Shown one piece after another: positions 15,605 through 25,583 of a stretch of DNA of 29,984 bases. The notes below the pieces were generated by a model. That model saw only the letters and a list, made by a program, of their open reading frames with translations, was not told the DNA's origin and searched no databases. How positions within the stretch are numbered: the stretch's first letter is position 1; every line of letters begins with the position of its first letter. A program made the position numbers and the translations under genes. The DNA is from Acidobacteriota bacterium (lineage in GTDB: Bacteria > Acidobacteriota > UBA4820 > DSQY01): positions 1 to 29,984 of the forward strand of contig JBMFSH010000032.1 in NCBI GenBank assembly GCA_049967655.1, in the 5' to 3' direction.

Positions 15605-16771
15605 TCACCCGGCGACCCGGCCGCCCCGGCGCTCCGGCGCCTCCAGGAAGGCCATGATCTCGCTCGCCGCCCTCTGGTAGCCGTCGCCCTCTCCAAGTCG
15701 CGCTCCGATTTCCCGAGACATCACCTCGGCCCGCGTGCGGCTCACCTCGGGCTCGTCCAGAAACCCCCCGAGCACCTCCGCCACGCGCTCACCCGTGAAG
15801 TCGTCCTGGATCAATTCGGGGATGGCGCGCTCTCCGAGGACGATGTTGGGAAGGCCCACGCTTTCCAGCTTCACCAGGCGCGAACCGATGGCATAGCTGG
15901 CCCGCTTCAGGCGGTAGACGATGACCTCGGGCACGCCCAGGAGCGCCCCCTCCAGCGTGGCCGTGCCCGAGGCCACGGCCGCCGCGTGAGCGTGTCCGAG
16001 CACATCCCTGTACTCTCCCTCCACCCAGCGGACGTCCAGGTCGTGATAGGGCCTCTGGAGCGCCTTGGGCAAGCCCTTCGCCCACGGGACGAAGACACAG
16101 AGGTCCGGCCGAGAGGCCAGGAGCCGGCGGGCGGCCTCCATCAGGGGCGGGAGGTTCCTCTGGACCTCCGAGGACCGGCTGCCAGGAAGGAGGGCGACGC
16201 GCCTCCGTTCGGGCCCGAGTCTATGGCGGTCGAGAAAGGCCTGCAGGGGCGTGTCGATGGCTACCGTGCCGACGAAGGGGTGGCCCACGAATCGGGCGCG
16301 GACCCCGCGGGCCGCCAGGAAGGGCTCCTCGAAGGGAAAGATGACCAGACAGAGGTCCACGTTCCGCTTCAGGAAATCGGTGCGTCCCTGCCGCCACGCC
16401 CAGACCTGGGGAGTGATGTAGTACAGCACCGGCAGCCCGAGCCGGTGGGCGAACCGCGCCAGCCGGAAGTTGAAATCGGGGAAATCCACGAGCACGAGGG
16501 CATCCGGCCGACGCTGCCTGAGCATGCGCTTGAGCGTTGCCATGGAGCGCCACAGGCTGGGAAGGTGGGTCGCCACCTCCGCGATGCCCACCACGGCGAG
16601 CCTCTCCATGGGCACCACGATCTCCACGCCGGCGGAGGCCATGGCGGGGCCGCCCGCGCCAAACCACCGGCTCCCCGGCGCCAGACGGTCGAAGGCCTCC
16701 ACCAGCCTCCCCGCATGTCCGTCCCCCGAGGGTTCGCCGGCCACCACCGCCACGCTGAAGGTCCTGCCCAT
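15605..16771 (-). CDS. lpxB: Lipid-A-disaccharide synthase
   Basis: VAGEPSGD, VDFPDFN, PQVWAWR, FPFE, VGHP, LLPGSR, SGTATLE and LPNI. ATG 16771 follows GGAGG. Confidence 0.97.
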   Translation of the reverse strand: MGRTFSVAVVAGEPSGDGHAGRLVEAFDRLAPGSRWFGAGGPAMASAGVEIVVPMERLAVVGIAEVATHLPSLWRSMATLKRMLRQRRPDALVLVDFPDFNFRLARFAHRLGLPVLYYITPQVWAWRQGRTDFLKRNVDLCLVIFPFEEPFLAARGVRARFVGHPFVGTVAIDTPLQAFLDRHRLGPERRRVALLPGSRSSEVQRNLPPLMEAARRLLASRPDLCVFVPWAKGLPKALQRPYHDLDVRWVEGEYRDVLGHAHAAAVASGTATLEGALLGVPEVIVYRLKRASYAIGSRLVKLESVGLPNIVLGERAIPELIQDDFTGERVAEVLGGFLDEPEVSRTRAEVMSREIGARLGEGDGYQRAASEIMAFLEAPERRGGRVAG

Positions 16772-16954
16772 GGTGCCTCCCAGCGCATTGTATCTGAAAC
16801 GTCCCAGAGCAGAAAGGATGAGGGGCCTGGAGACCGGGGACCGGGGTCTCGTCCGTCCGCCCTTTGCAGTCGGCCCTTTGTCGGCCCTTTGTACCTTGTC
16901 GAAGCGGCTAAAATCCTGTATCATGAAGCCCTTTGCGAGTGGAGGAAGCGCCTC

Positions 16955-18931
16955 ATGAACGTGTTGAAACGCATGCGCAACATGGGATTCCTGAAGTTTC
17001 TGCTCTGGATCATCGTCATCTCCTTCGTCATGGCGATCTTCACCCTCTGGGGCGGGGGCCTCGATTACGAGAAGCGGGGCAGCTCCCTCTTCGGGGGCGA
17101 CTACGCCGTGAAGGTGGATGGCGAGAGCCTTCCTCCCGCCGTGTTCCGCCTCAAGTACCGCTTTTACGTGGACCGCATCAAATCCATGCTGGGAGACAAC
17201 TTCCGGGACAGCTTCCTCCAAGGCGCGCCGCAGAACATCGCCAACCAGATGGTTGATGAGCTCATCCTCACCAAGATGGCCAAGTCCTACGGGCTTTCGG
17301 TGAGCAATGAGGATCTGGCCGCCACGATCCAGCGGCTCTACAACTTCAGCGACCCCAAGTCCCAGTACCCCCAACTCCTCGGCAGCCTGGGCGTCTCCGC
17401 CCAGGACTACCAGACCTTCCTGCGGACGGAGCTGCTGATGGAGAAGCTGCACGACCTTCTGGCGAGCTCCGTCTATCTCTCGGACGCCGATCTCAGGCGC
17501 CTCTACGCCGAACAGAACGACAAGTTCAAGGCGACCCTCGTCCAGATTCCATCCAGCCGGTTCTACCAGCAGGTGGGGGCCATCACGGACGCGGACCTCA
17601 AAGCCCGCTACGACCAGGAGAAGGACAGCCTCAAGATCCCCGAGAAGCGCGCCATTCAGTACGTCATGCTCTCCAAGAACTACTTCGAGAGCCGGGTCAA
17701 TCTCTCGGACGCCCAGCTCCAGGCCTACTACAACGCCCATCAGGCCGATTTCTCCATCCCGGCCACCGATCGCCGGGCCAGCCACATCCTCATCCGGGTG
17801 GCGCAGGACGCCAAGCCCGCTGAAGTCGAGGCCGCCAGGAAGAAGGCCCAGGAGATCTACGACAAGATCAAGGCCGGCGCGGATTTCGCCACCATGGCCA
17901 AGGAGTACTCCCAGGACAGCACGGCGCAGCGGGGCGGGGACCTGGGGTGGTTCTCGCGGACCGCCATGGTGAAGCCCTTCGCGGACGCGGTGTTCGATCA
18001 ATGCAAGGCGGTGGGCGACGTGGTGGGGCCCATCAGGACGCAGTTCGGCTTCCACATCATCAAGCTCACGGGCATCGGCCCCCAGACCAAGCCGTTCCGC
18101 GAGGTCCAGTACCAGGTCAAGCAGGCCATGCTGCTCAAGGACCCCGCCATTCAGAGCGAGATCCAGAAGCAGTACGACGAGGCGGAAAAGGAGCTCTCCT
18201 CCCTGAAGGATGACTCGGGCTTGCAGGCCCTGAGCAAGAAGTTCGGCATCAAGCCGGCGGACGTGGCTGTCCCCTTCGAGGAGAACCAGTCCATCGGGCC
18301 GTTGGGCTTCGATCCGGAGCTCTCCAAGGCGATCTTCTCCGCGGCCCAGGGGGTATGGTCGAAGGTTCTTCCCTACCGCGAGAACGGCGTGATCCGCTTC
18401 AAGGTGACCACCATCCAGCCCGCCCACACGGCCAGCTTTGACGAGGCCAAGAACCAGCTCCGGCAGGAGATCCAGAACGACCGGGCCTCCGCCTTCGCCA
18501 AAACGGCCGCCTCCGTTCTGCTGGCCGGGGCCAAGGATGCCGCCTCCCTCGAAGCCGACGCCAAGAAGGACAGCTACACCCCGCAGCAGGTGGGGCCGCT
18601 CACCGCCACGGACGCCATCCCGAGCGTGGGTAAGGATCCGGAGGTCAATAAGGCCTTCCTCGCCGCCAAGGCCGGCGACAAGGTGGGACCGGTCTCCACC
18701 AAGACCGGCTGGGTCGTGGGCATCGTGACCGACCGCACCAACGCCGACATGACTAAATTTGAAGAGGACAAGGACCAACTCGCCCAGACCCAGGCCGGCA
18801 AGGTTGCCGAACAGTGGATGAACGACTATGTGGAGCGCCAGCGGCAGGCTCTCGACGCAAAGAAGGCCATCCGGTTCAACGAGTCCCTCATCAAGGAGAT
18901 GGAGCCCGCTTCCTCCAAACAGGCCGGCTAG
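16955..18931 (+). CDS. ppiD: Membrane-anchored SurA-N / parvulin PPIase chaperone (PpiD-like)
   Basis: N-terminal TM helix and SurA-N region. Parvulin motifs RASHILI, FATMAKEYSQD, GGDLGWF and TQFGFHII. GGAGG SD. Confidence 0.88.
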   Translation: MNVLKRMRNMGFLKFLLWIIVISFVMAIFTLWGGGLDYEKRGSSLFGGDYAVKVDGESLPPAVFRLKYRFYVDRIKSMLGDNFRDSFLQGAPQNIANQMVDELILTKMAKSYGLSVSNEDLAATIQRLYNFSDPKSQYPQLLGSLGVSAQDYQTFLRTELLMEKLHDLLASSVYLSDADLRRLYAEQNDKFKATLVQIPSSRFYQQVGAITDADLKARYDQEKDSLKIPEKRAIQYVMLSKNYFESRVNLSDAQLQAYYNAHQADFSIPATDRRASHILIRVAQDAKPAEVEAARKKAQEIYDKIKAGADFATMAKEYSQDSTAQRGGDLGWFSRTAMVKPFADAVFDQCKAVGDVVGPIRTQFGFHIIKLTGIGPQTKPFREVQYQVKQAMLLKDPAIQSEIQKQYDEAEKELSSLKDDSGLQALSKKFGIKPADVAVPFEENQSIGPLGFDPELSKAIFSAAQGVWSKVLPYRENGVIRFKVTTIQPAHTASFDEAKNQLRQEIQNDRASAFAKTAASVLLAGAKDAASLEADAKKDSYTPQQVGPLTATDAIPSVGKDPEVNKAFLAAKAGDKVGPVSTKTGWVVGIVTDRTNADMTKFEEDKDQLAQTQAGKVAEQWMNDYVERQRQALDAKKAIRFNESLIKEMEPASSKQAG

Positions 18932-18951
18932 GTCCCCCTTTTGGAGTCTTC

Positions 18952-20049
18952 ATGATCAGGGTCGGCAGGACCGCACTCTTTTTGACCGCAGGACTCTTGC
19001 TGACAGGGCTCGCCTCGTTCGGAGGTGAGCCCGTTCAGGTTCAGGCCATCCCCTTGGACATAGCGGCGGACTTCGCCCCCCTTCTCTGCGGCAGCCGCCT
19101 CTACGTATTCAGCTCCGGAGGCCGCAACCAGATCATGAGTCCGGGCGAAACGGCTCCCGACTGCGATCCGGTCCAGATCAAGCCCCTCATGCAGCCCCGC
19201 TGCGGGCCGACGGGCCCGGTACTGGCGGACCGCGACGGAAACCTCTGGCAGATGGGCAAGGGCATGCCCTCGGAGGTGGGGCGCCTCGCCGGTCCGGCCT
19301 CCCAGCTCGTGGCGCTTCTGCCGAGCCAGAACGGAACCGCGGAGGTCTACGCGGACAAAATCGTCCTTCCCGAAACCCAGGCCGCGCCTCTTCCTCTCAA
19401 GGCCACGTCGGCCCAGCGCCTGGCCGACGGCGGATTCTGGGTCTGGAACGCCCGCTTCGCGGCCCGTTTGAATCCGCAGGGACGACTCCTCTGGACCTGG
19501 ACGCCCAAGGGGGAGGGACCAGGCCCGGCGGTGCTGGCCGACGGGCTTCTCCTGGCAGGCACCAGCAGCGGCTCCCTCGTGGCCCTTTCGGACGCCGAAG
19601 GAAGGCAGCGCTACCGCTACCGCGGCGGCGGGCAGGTGGTGAACCCGCCGTGGGTGGCCGGCGAACTGGTCGTCTACGCCTCCCTCGACCACCTCGTGAG
19701 GGCGCTGAAGATCCGCTCGGGCCAGCTCGCCTGGCAGTTCCGCACCGACGGCAGGCCCTCCTTCGGCCCTTACCCCGTCCAGGCTGGCCTCCTCTTCGCC
19801 GAGGACCCGGGCCAGCGGCTCTTCATCCTCAATCCGACGTCCGGCAGAGAGATCTGGAGTTGGCGCGTGCCGAAGGGCGCCATTCTGAAGGCGCCGGCCG
19901 TTGCCGGAGACCAGGCGGCGGTGCTGGCCTGGAGCGACACGCCCCAACCCACCCTCTACCGCGTCACCCTTCCCCCGAAGCCTTCGCCCCCCAAGGCCCC
20001 CAAACCAACGAAGCCTTCGTCTTCTAAGTCGAAGCCGCCGCGCCCATGA
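18952..20049 (+). CDS. Exported PQQ-like beta-propeller repeat protein
   Basis: Signal-peptide-like N-terminus and repeats such as LVALSDAEGRQRY, RALKIRSGQLAW and LNPTSGREIW. Pro/Lys-rich tail. Confidence 0.8.
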   Translation: MIRVGRTALFLTAGLLLTGLASFGGEPVQVQAIPLDIAADFAPLLCGSRLYVFSSGGRNQIMSPGETAPDCDPVQIKPLMQPRCGPTGPVLADRDGNLWQMGKGMPSEVGRLAGPASQLVALLPSQNGTAEVYADKIVLPETQAAPLPLKATSAQRLADGGFWVWNARFAARLNPQGRLLWTWTPKGEGPGPAVLADGLLLAGTSSGSLVALSDAEGRQRYRYRGGGQVVNPPWVAGELVVYASLDHLVRALKIRSGQLAWQFRTDGRPSFGPYPVQAGLLFAEDPGQRLFILNPTSGREIWSWRVPKGAILKAPAVAGDQAAVLAWSDTPQPTLYRVTLPPKPSPPKAPKPTKPSSSKSKPPRP

Positions 20050-20978
20050 CCCCGAACCCCGTCTGGATCACCCTAGACGATTGCGTGCCGGATGCCCGCC
20101 TGGCGAAGTTTCTGGCGCGCTCCGCACCGTACGGGGTAATCCTCTTCGCCCGCCACCTCAAGAGCGGGCAGCAGGTGGCCGAGCTCTGCCAGGCCATCCA
20201 CGGCTCCACCGAAGGGTTCTCTCCCCTGATCGCCCTGGACCAGGAGGGGGGAAGGGTCAGCCGGCTCGCCGCCCTCGGATACGACCTGCCGGGCGCCGAG
20301 TCCTGCGCGGCGGACCCCGCCAGGGCCAAAGCGGCCGGAGCGGAGGCCGGGGAGATCCTGCGCGGCCTGGGGTTCGACGTGGATTTCGCCCCCGTGGCCG
20401 ACCTCGGTCCTGCCCATCCGGGCACGGGGCTCGAGGGGAGGCTCTTCGGCGACGATCCCCGCACGGTCACCTCGTGTTGCGCGGCCTTCCTCGCAGGGCT
20501 GCATGACGCCGGCATCGAAGGCTGCCTGAAGCATTTCCCTGGGCTCGGGGGGTCCCGCCTGGACAGCCATCGCGCCCTGCCCATCGTGGAGGGTGGCCTC
20601 GCGGACCGCCAGGACCACCTGGCCCCCTACCGGGAGCTGGCGGGCCTCGTCCCGTACGTCATGGTGGGTCACGCCGCCTACGCCTTCCTGGACGGGAGGA
20701 CACCGGCCACCCTGCATGCCGGAACCTATGAACTCCTGTCCTCGCTGGGCTTCGGCGGGCTCAGCGTGACCGACGACCTCTCCATGGGCGCCGTGGCCGC
20801 CCTGGATGATCTGTCGGGCCTCGCCCTCAGAAGTCTTACGGCCGGTGCCTCCCTGGCCCTGTGGGTCTCCTCCCAGGAGGCGACCCTGCGCACTCTGGAT
20901 TCCGTCGCGTCGGAGGCCGTCTGGCTTGCAAGGAGGGCCGGCCTGGCGCACTGTAGGATGGGGAGCGGGACACCTTGA
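20046..20978 (+). CDS. nagZ: GH3 beta-N-acetylhexosaminidase (NagZ-like)
   Basis: GVILFAR, DQEGGRV, FAPVAD, KHFPGLG..DSH, MVGH and TDDLSMGA. ATGA overlap with the upstream gene. Confidence 0.88.
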   Translation: MTPNPVWITLDDCVPDARLAKFLARSAPYGVILFARHLKSGQQVAELCQAIHGSTEGFSPLIALDQEGGRVSRLAALGYDLPGAESCAADPARAKAAGAEAGEILRGLGFDVDFAPVADLGPAHPGTGLEGRLFGDDPRTVTSCCAAFLAGLHDAGIEGCLKHFPGLGGSRLDSHRALPIVEGGLADRQDHLAPYRELAGLVPYVMVGHAAYAFLDGRTPATLHAGTYELLSSLGFGGLSVTDDLSMGAVAALDDLSGLALRSLTAGASLALWVSSQEATLRTLDSVASEAVWLARRAGLAHCRMGSGTP

Positions 20979-21901
20979 GCCAGAATGGGAAGTCGAGAAT
21001 TCTCATCGTCGAAGACTCCCGGTCCGTCAGGGAGGAGATCCGCCAGGTCCTCCAGGAGGCGGGCGTCGAGGCGGCCTTCTACGAGGCGGAGAACGGACTG
21101 GACGGCTTCAAGATCATGATGGACCACTCCTTGGACCTCGTCTTTTGCGACCTCGTGATGCCCCAGATGGACGGGCTCAAATTCCTGCAAATGCGCTCGT
21201 CCCGGGAGGAGATGCAGGAGGTCCCCGTGGTCATGCTCACCGCGGTGGGCGACGTGGATCAGAAGATCAAGGTGCTCTCGGCCGGAGCCAACGACTACAT
21301 CACCAAGCCGTTCCACCCCGGCGAGCTGGTGGCGCGGGCCAAGGTCCATCTGAAGGTCAAGCAGCTCCAGGACGAACTCCGTCAGAAGAACGCGCTGCTC
21401 ATGGAGCTCTCCACCACCGACAGCCTGACCAAGATCTACAACCGGCGGCACTTCCTGGATCTCGCCCGAAGGGAGATGGAGCGCAGCGAACGCCTCGGCC
21501 TCCAGGCCGCGCTCATGATTTTCGACGTGGACCACTTCAAGGGGATCAACGACCGCTTCGGACACCAGCTCGGAGACCTCGTCCTGGTGGAGATCTGCAA
21601 CACCGTGGGCGGCTGCCTCAGGGACTACGACATCTTCGGCCGCTACGGGGGCGACGAGTTCACCCTTCTCTTTCCCCAGACCTCCATCACCAGGGCCTTG
21701 AAATCGGGCGAGCGCATCGAGGAGGCCGTGCAGGAACTGGTTCTCAAGGAGCTCCCCGGAGAGCGCTTCACGATCAGCGGGGGAATGGTGTCCAACTCGA
21801 CCCCCGGCGAAGATCTGGAAAGCCTCCTCCGCCGGGCCGACCAGGCGCTCTATCTGGCCAAGAGCGAGGGCCGGGCCCGGGTCGTATGCCTCGAACGCTG
21901 A
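20975..21901 (+). CDS. Response-regulator diguanylate cyclase (REC-GGDEF)
   Basis: REC domain (IVED, DLVMP, KPF), intact GGDEF, RxxD I-site (RDYD) and ADQALYLAK. TTG start overlaps the nagZ stop. Confidence 0.93.
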   Translation: MSQNGKSRILIVEDSRSVREEIRQVLQEAGVEAAFYEAENGLDGFKIMMDHSLDLVFCDLVMPQMDGLKFLQMRSSREEMQEVPVVMLTAVGDVDQKIKVLSAGANDYITKPFHPGELVARAKVHLKVKQLQDELRQKNALLMELSTTDSLTKIYNRRHFLDLARREMERSERLGLQAALMIFDVDHFKGINDRFGHQLGDLVLVEICNTVGGCLRDYDIFGRYGGDEFTLLFPQTSITRALKSGERIEEAVQELVLKELPGERFTISGGMVSNSTPGEDLESLLRRADQALYLAKSEGRARVVCLER

Positions 21902-21902
21902 A

Positions 21903-21990
21903 GGGGACAAGGGACAAGGGACAGGGGACAGGAGAAGAGCTGAGAGCGGGGGGAAGCCTGTTCTCCAGTCTTTTTCCAAATCCCGAATTT
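21903..21990. repeat. Heptamer-repeat cassette, degenerate copy
   Basis: GGGACAA x2 plus GGGACAG/GGGGACA arm, ending TTTTTCCAAATCCC as in the 8755 copy. Confidence 0.75.
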
Positions 21991-21999
21991 CGAGTTTTG

Positions 22000-22479
22000 T
22001 CACTCCGGGGCTGAGTGCCGCCGCACCCCGAAGCACTCCCTCCCCCTCGGGGAGAGGAAGGCCACGAAGGCGGTGATGTCCAGGGCGTAGACCACCGCCG
22101 AGAGAATGCCGAATGCCTGCAGCCCGACCAAATAATGAGGCGGAACCCGCCTCGCGAGTGAAAACCATAGCTCCACCGGCGCCTGGGTGAACCCGATGCT
22201 CGTCTTCACCACGATGAGCGCCGACAGGTAGGCCATGCCGAGCCACCACGCCACCGGCAGCCTCAGCCGGACCAGCGAGCCCAGGGTGACCAGGAGCACT
22301 CCAGGAGCGGCGAAGAGCAGGAGGTAGAAGGCGAACAGGCGGAGGGTGGAAACCTCCCCCAGTTCGTGAGTCTCCAGCGTCGTCAGGAACAGCAGCAACC
22401 CCTCCCCCGCCCAGAGGATGCCCTTGAACCGGAAGTAGTTTCCCAGACTTCTCGAGCGGGCCGTGGAGTGGGCGGACAC
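22000..22479 (-). CDS. Hypothetical integral membrane protein (~4 TM)
   Basis: Four hydrophobic stretches. Starts 3 nt after the prfB stop. Confidence 0.75.
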   Translation of the reverse strand: MSAHSTARSRSLGNYFRFKGILWAGEGLLLFLTTLETHELGEVSTLRLFAFYLLLFAAPGVLLVTLGSLVRLRLPVAWWLGMAYLSALIVVKTSIGFTQAPVELWFSLARRVPPHYLVGLQAFGILSAVVYALDITAFVAFLSPRGRECFGVRRHSAPE

Positions 22480-22482
22480 GAG

Positions 22483-23572
22483 TCACACGACCTTGGCCCG
22501 GAGCGCGGCCTTGATGAAGCCATCCAGATCGCCGTCCAGGACGGCATCGGCGTTGCCGACCTCGACGTCGGTCCGGTGGTCCTTCACGAGGCGGTAGGGA
22601 TGGAGGACGTAGGAGCGGATCTGGCTGCCCCAGGCGATCTCCTTCTTGCTGTCCTCCAGGACCTGCCGCTCCTTGTTCCGCCGCTCGATTTCGAGCTGAT
22701 AGAGGCGGGACTTGAGGATCTTCCAGGCGGTCTCGCGGTTCTGGAGCTGACTGCGCTCGTTCTGGCAGGTCACCACGAGGCCCGAGGGGAAGTGGGTGAT
22801 CCTCACCGCCGTGGAGACCTTGTTGACGTTCTGGCCGCCGTGGCCGCCCGCCCGGAAGATGTCCACGCGGATGTCCTTCTCGTTGATCTCGATCTCGATC
22901 TCGTCGTTGACCTCGGGGGAGACGAAGACCGAGGTGAAGGAGGTGTGCCGCCGGGCGGCCGCATCGAAGGGCGAGATGCGGACGAGGCGGTGCACGCCGC
23001 TCTCGCTCTTGAGGTAGCCGTAAGCGTAGGCCCCCTTGACCATGATCGTGGCCGATTTGATGCCCGCCGTATCGCCGTCCTGGTAATCCAGGAGCTCCAC
23101 CTCGTAGCCGTGGCGCTCGGCCCACCGCACGTACATACGATGGAGCATGAGGGCCCAGTCCTGACTCTCGGTGCCGCCGGCGCCCGGGTGGATGGTCAGG
23201 ATGGCGTTGTTGGGGTCGAGCTCCCCCGAGAGGAGAACCTGGACCTCCAGGTCCGACAGGAAGGGGCGGAAGGCCTCCATGGTCCGGCCGAACTCCTCCG
23301 AAACCTCGTCCTCCTCGAACTCCAGCAGGGTGTCCATGTCCCCCACGAAGCGATCCAGGCGGCGGATCGTTTCGGCTCGAGTCTTGAGGAGCTGCTGCTC
23401 TTTCAGGAGGGTCTTGGCGCGCTGCGGGTCGTTCCAGAATCCTTCGGAACCGGAGACCTGCTCCAGTTCTTGGAGCCGCCGCTGAGTGCCGGCTTCGTCA
23501 AAGACAGCCCCGAAGTTCGGCGGCCTTGTTCTTGAGGGAACGGTACTCCTGTTTGCTCTCTTCCGTAATCAT
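22483..23572 (-). CDS. prfB: Peptide chain release factor 2 with programmed +1 frameshift (join 23572-23501, 23499-22483; 362 aa)
   Basis: MITEESKQEYRSLKNKAAELRGCL ends at CTT TGA C. The +1 frame continues DEAG..FWNDP into ORF 22483..23346, which has the SPF and GGQ motifs. Confidence 0.96.
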
Positions 23573-23592
23573 GGCTTCATTGCCTCATGGTT

Positions 23593-23706
23593 GGGGACAA
23601 GGGACAAGGGACAGGGGACAAGAGTGAGGAAGCGGAGAGCAGGAGGTGGACAGTTCCCCGGCGTCTTTCACAAAATCCCAAATCCAAAATCCCAAATCCA
23701 AAATCT
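23593..23706. repeat. Heptamer-repeat cassette (GGGACAA arm, core, C[C/A]AAATC arm)
   Basis: Core shared with 8730-8761. Four to five AAATCC[C/A] units. Confidence 0.9.
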
Positions 23707-23707
23707 C

Positions 23708-25180
23708 CTAGAACTCTTCCTTCATGTAGTTGGGGGCTTCCTTGGTGATGACCACGTCGTGGGCGTGGCTCTCCTTGAGCCCCGCGTTGGTCAAGCGGAC
23801 GAAGCGCGCGTTCTTTCTCAATTCCGCGATGGTGGCGCAGCCCGTCAGCCCCATGCCGGAGCGGAGGCCGCCGACGAGCTGGGTGACCACGCTCTCGAGG
23901 CTCCCCTTGAAGGCGACCATCCCCTCGATCCCCTCGGGCACCAGCTTGGAGAGGGAGACCTCGCCCGTCTGGAAGTAGCGGTCGGCGGAGCCGGCCTTCA
24001 TGGCGCTGAGGGAGCCCATGCCCCGGTAAGCCTTGAAGGTCCGCCCCTGGTAAAGGATGGTTTCGCCGGGCGCCTCCTCCGTGCCGGCGAAGAGGCTTCC
24101 CACCATGACCGAACTCGCACCCGCCGCCAGGGCCTTCACGATCTCGCCCGAATAGCGGATCCCTCCGTCGGCGATGATGGGAATTCCCTTCTCCTCGGCC
24201 GCCAGGGCGCACTGCGAGATGGCCGTGAGCTGGGGCACGCCGGCGCCCGTGACCATGCGGGTGGTGCAGATGGATCCTGGGCCGATGCCCACCTTCACTG
24301 CATCGGCTCCTCGCTCGATGAGGGCCTGCGTGCCCTCGGTGGTGGCCACGTTGCCCACGATCAACTGGATCTCCGGGAAGCTCTCCTTGAGGCGGGCCGC
24401 CGCCTCCATGACCCCCTGCGAGTGGCCGTGCGAGGAGTCCAGCACCAGCACGTCCACGTGGACCTCGGCCAGCGCTCTGGCCCGGTCCAGCAGCTCCGCT
24501 CCCACGCCCACGGCCGCCCCAACGCGGAGGCGTCCCATCTCGTCCTTGCAGGCGTTGGGAAACTTGATCTTCTTCTGGATGTCCTTGACGGTGATGAGGC
24601 CCTTGAGGTGGAAGCGGTCGTCCACCACCGGGAGCTTCTCGATCTTGTACTTCTGGAGGAGGGCCTTGGCCTCCTCGAGGGTCGTCCCGACCGCCACGGT
24701 CTTTAGATTTTCGCGGGTCATGAGCTCGCTGACCGGCAAGTCGGTCCTGTCCTCGAAGCGAAGGTCCCGGTTGGTGAGAATCCCCAGGAGCCTGCCGTCG
24801 GGAGCCGTCACCGGCACCCCCGAAATTCTGTACTTCTCCATCATCACCAGCGCGTCGGCCACCTTCTGATCGGGGGAGATGGTGATGGGGTTGGTGATCA
24901 TCCCGGCCTCGGACCGTTTGACGCGGTCCACCTCCTCCGCCTGCCGATCGATGCCCATGTTTTTGTGGATGATGCCGATCCCGCCCTGCCTGGCCATGGC
25001 GATGGCCAGCCCGGCCTCCGTGACCGTATCCATGGCTGCGGAGATCAGGGGGATGTGAAGGCGGATCGTGGAAGTCAGGTTCGTGGCGGTCTCCACCTGC
25101 TGCGGGTGGACCGTGGACCTGGCGGGGACGAGAGACACGTCATCAAAGGTCAGGGCGAGGGGGGGGATCTCCTGCAACAT
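23708..25180 (-). CDS. guaB: IMP dehydrogenase
   Basis: LTFDDV, SAAMDTV, CBS pair, catalytic [16 protein letters not shown] and VPEGIEG. ATG 25180 follows GAGGAG. Confidence 0.98.
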   Translation of the reverse strand: MLQEIPPLALTFDDVSLVPARSTVHPQQVETATNLTSTIRLHIPLISAAMDTVTEAGLAIAMARQGGIGIIHKNMGIDRQAEEVDRVKRSEAGMITNPITISPDQKVADALVMMEKYRISGVPVTAPDGRLLGILTNRDLRFEDRTDLPVSELMTRENLKTVAVGTTLEEAKALLQKYKIEKLPVVDDRFHLKGLITVKDIQKKIKFPNACKDEMGRLRVGAAVGVGAELLDRARALAEVHVDVLVLDSSHGHSQGVMEAAARLKESFPEIQLIVGNVATTEGTQALIERGADAVKVGIGPGSICTTRMVTGAGVPQLTAISQCALAAEEKGIPIIADGGIRYSGEIVKALAAGASSVMVGSLFAGTEEAPGETILYQGRTFKAYRGMGSLSAMKAGSADRYFQTGEVSLSKLVPEGIEGMVAFKGSLESVVTQLVGGLRSGMGLTGCATIAELRKNARFVRLTNAGLKESHAHDVVITKEAPNYMKEEF

Positions 25181-25365
25181 CGGCCAACTCCTCACAAGTC
25201 TTGAATTATAGACGAGTTCGAGCGCGATCGCCAGTACCCACGCCCGACGGGCGGAAGGCTGGAAGGCGTCCGCCCGGACTGGCTAGGGGCATGATTGTGT
25301 GGCCTTCCCTCCCCTTGTCTCACCCTTACCCACCGGCTTTAACTCAAGCTGGATTGGGGCCCGGC

Positions 25366-25394
25366 TTGCAGACGGTCCTTCCGAGTGCTAATAA
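25366..25394 (+). promoter_or_regulatory. Possible sigma70 promoter for the ompA-like gene
   Basis: TTGCAG-17 nt-TAATAA with TG one base upstream of the -10. Confidence 0.35.
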
Positions 25395-25583
25395 TATCCC
25401 GTAGAGGGAGACAGGAAATATGGGCCGGGGGCGAGCGCGTCATGGAATCTGACGGGAGAGACTGCGGGCAGTGAATCGAAGCCGTCTTCTCCGGGGGGAG
25501 GCAGGAAAGGAGACCCTGGGGAGCATTGGCCCGCTAGGCCCAAACGGACGTTGGGTACAATTGTATTGGTAAAGGAGGTGTGA

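Noticed and set aside
15605..18778. 1057-aa minus-strand ORF and the overlapping 981-aa plus-strand ORF (15986..18931)
   Set aside because: Each is a real gene (lpxB from 16771, ppiD from 16955) extended by the stop-free antisense shadow of the other, which is common in GC-rich DNA.
21903..23706. Heptamer repeats as a CRISPR array
   Set aside because: Units are 7-8 nt and directly tandem, with no unique spacers and no cas genes.
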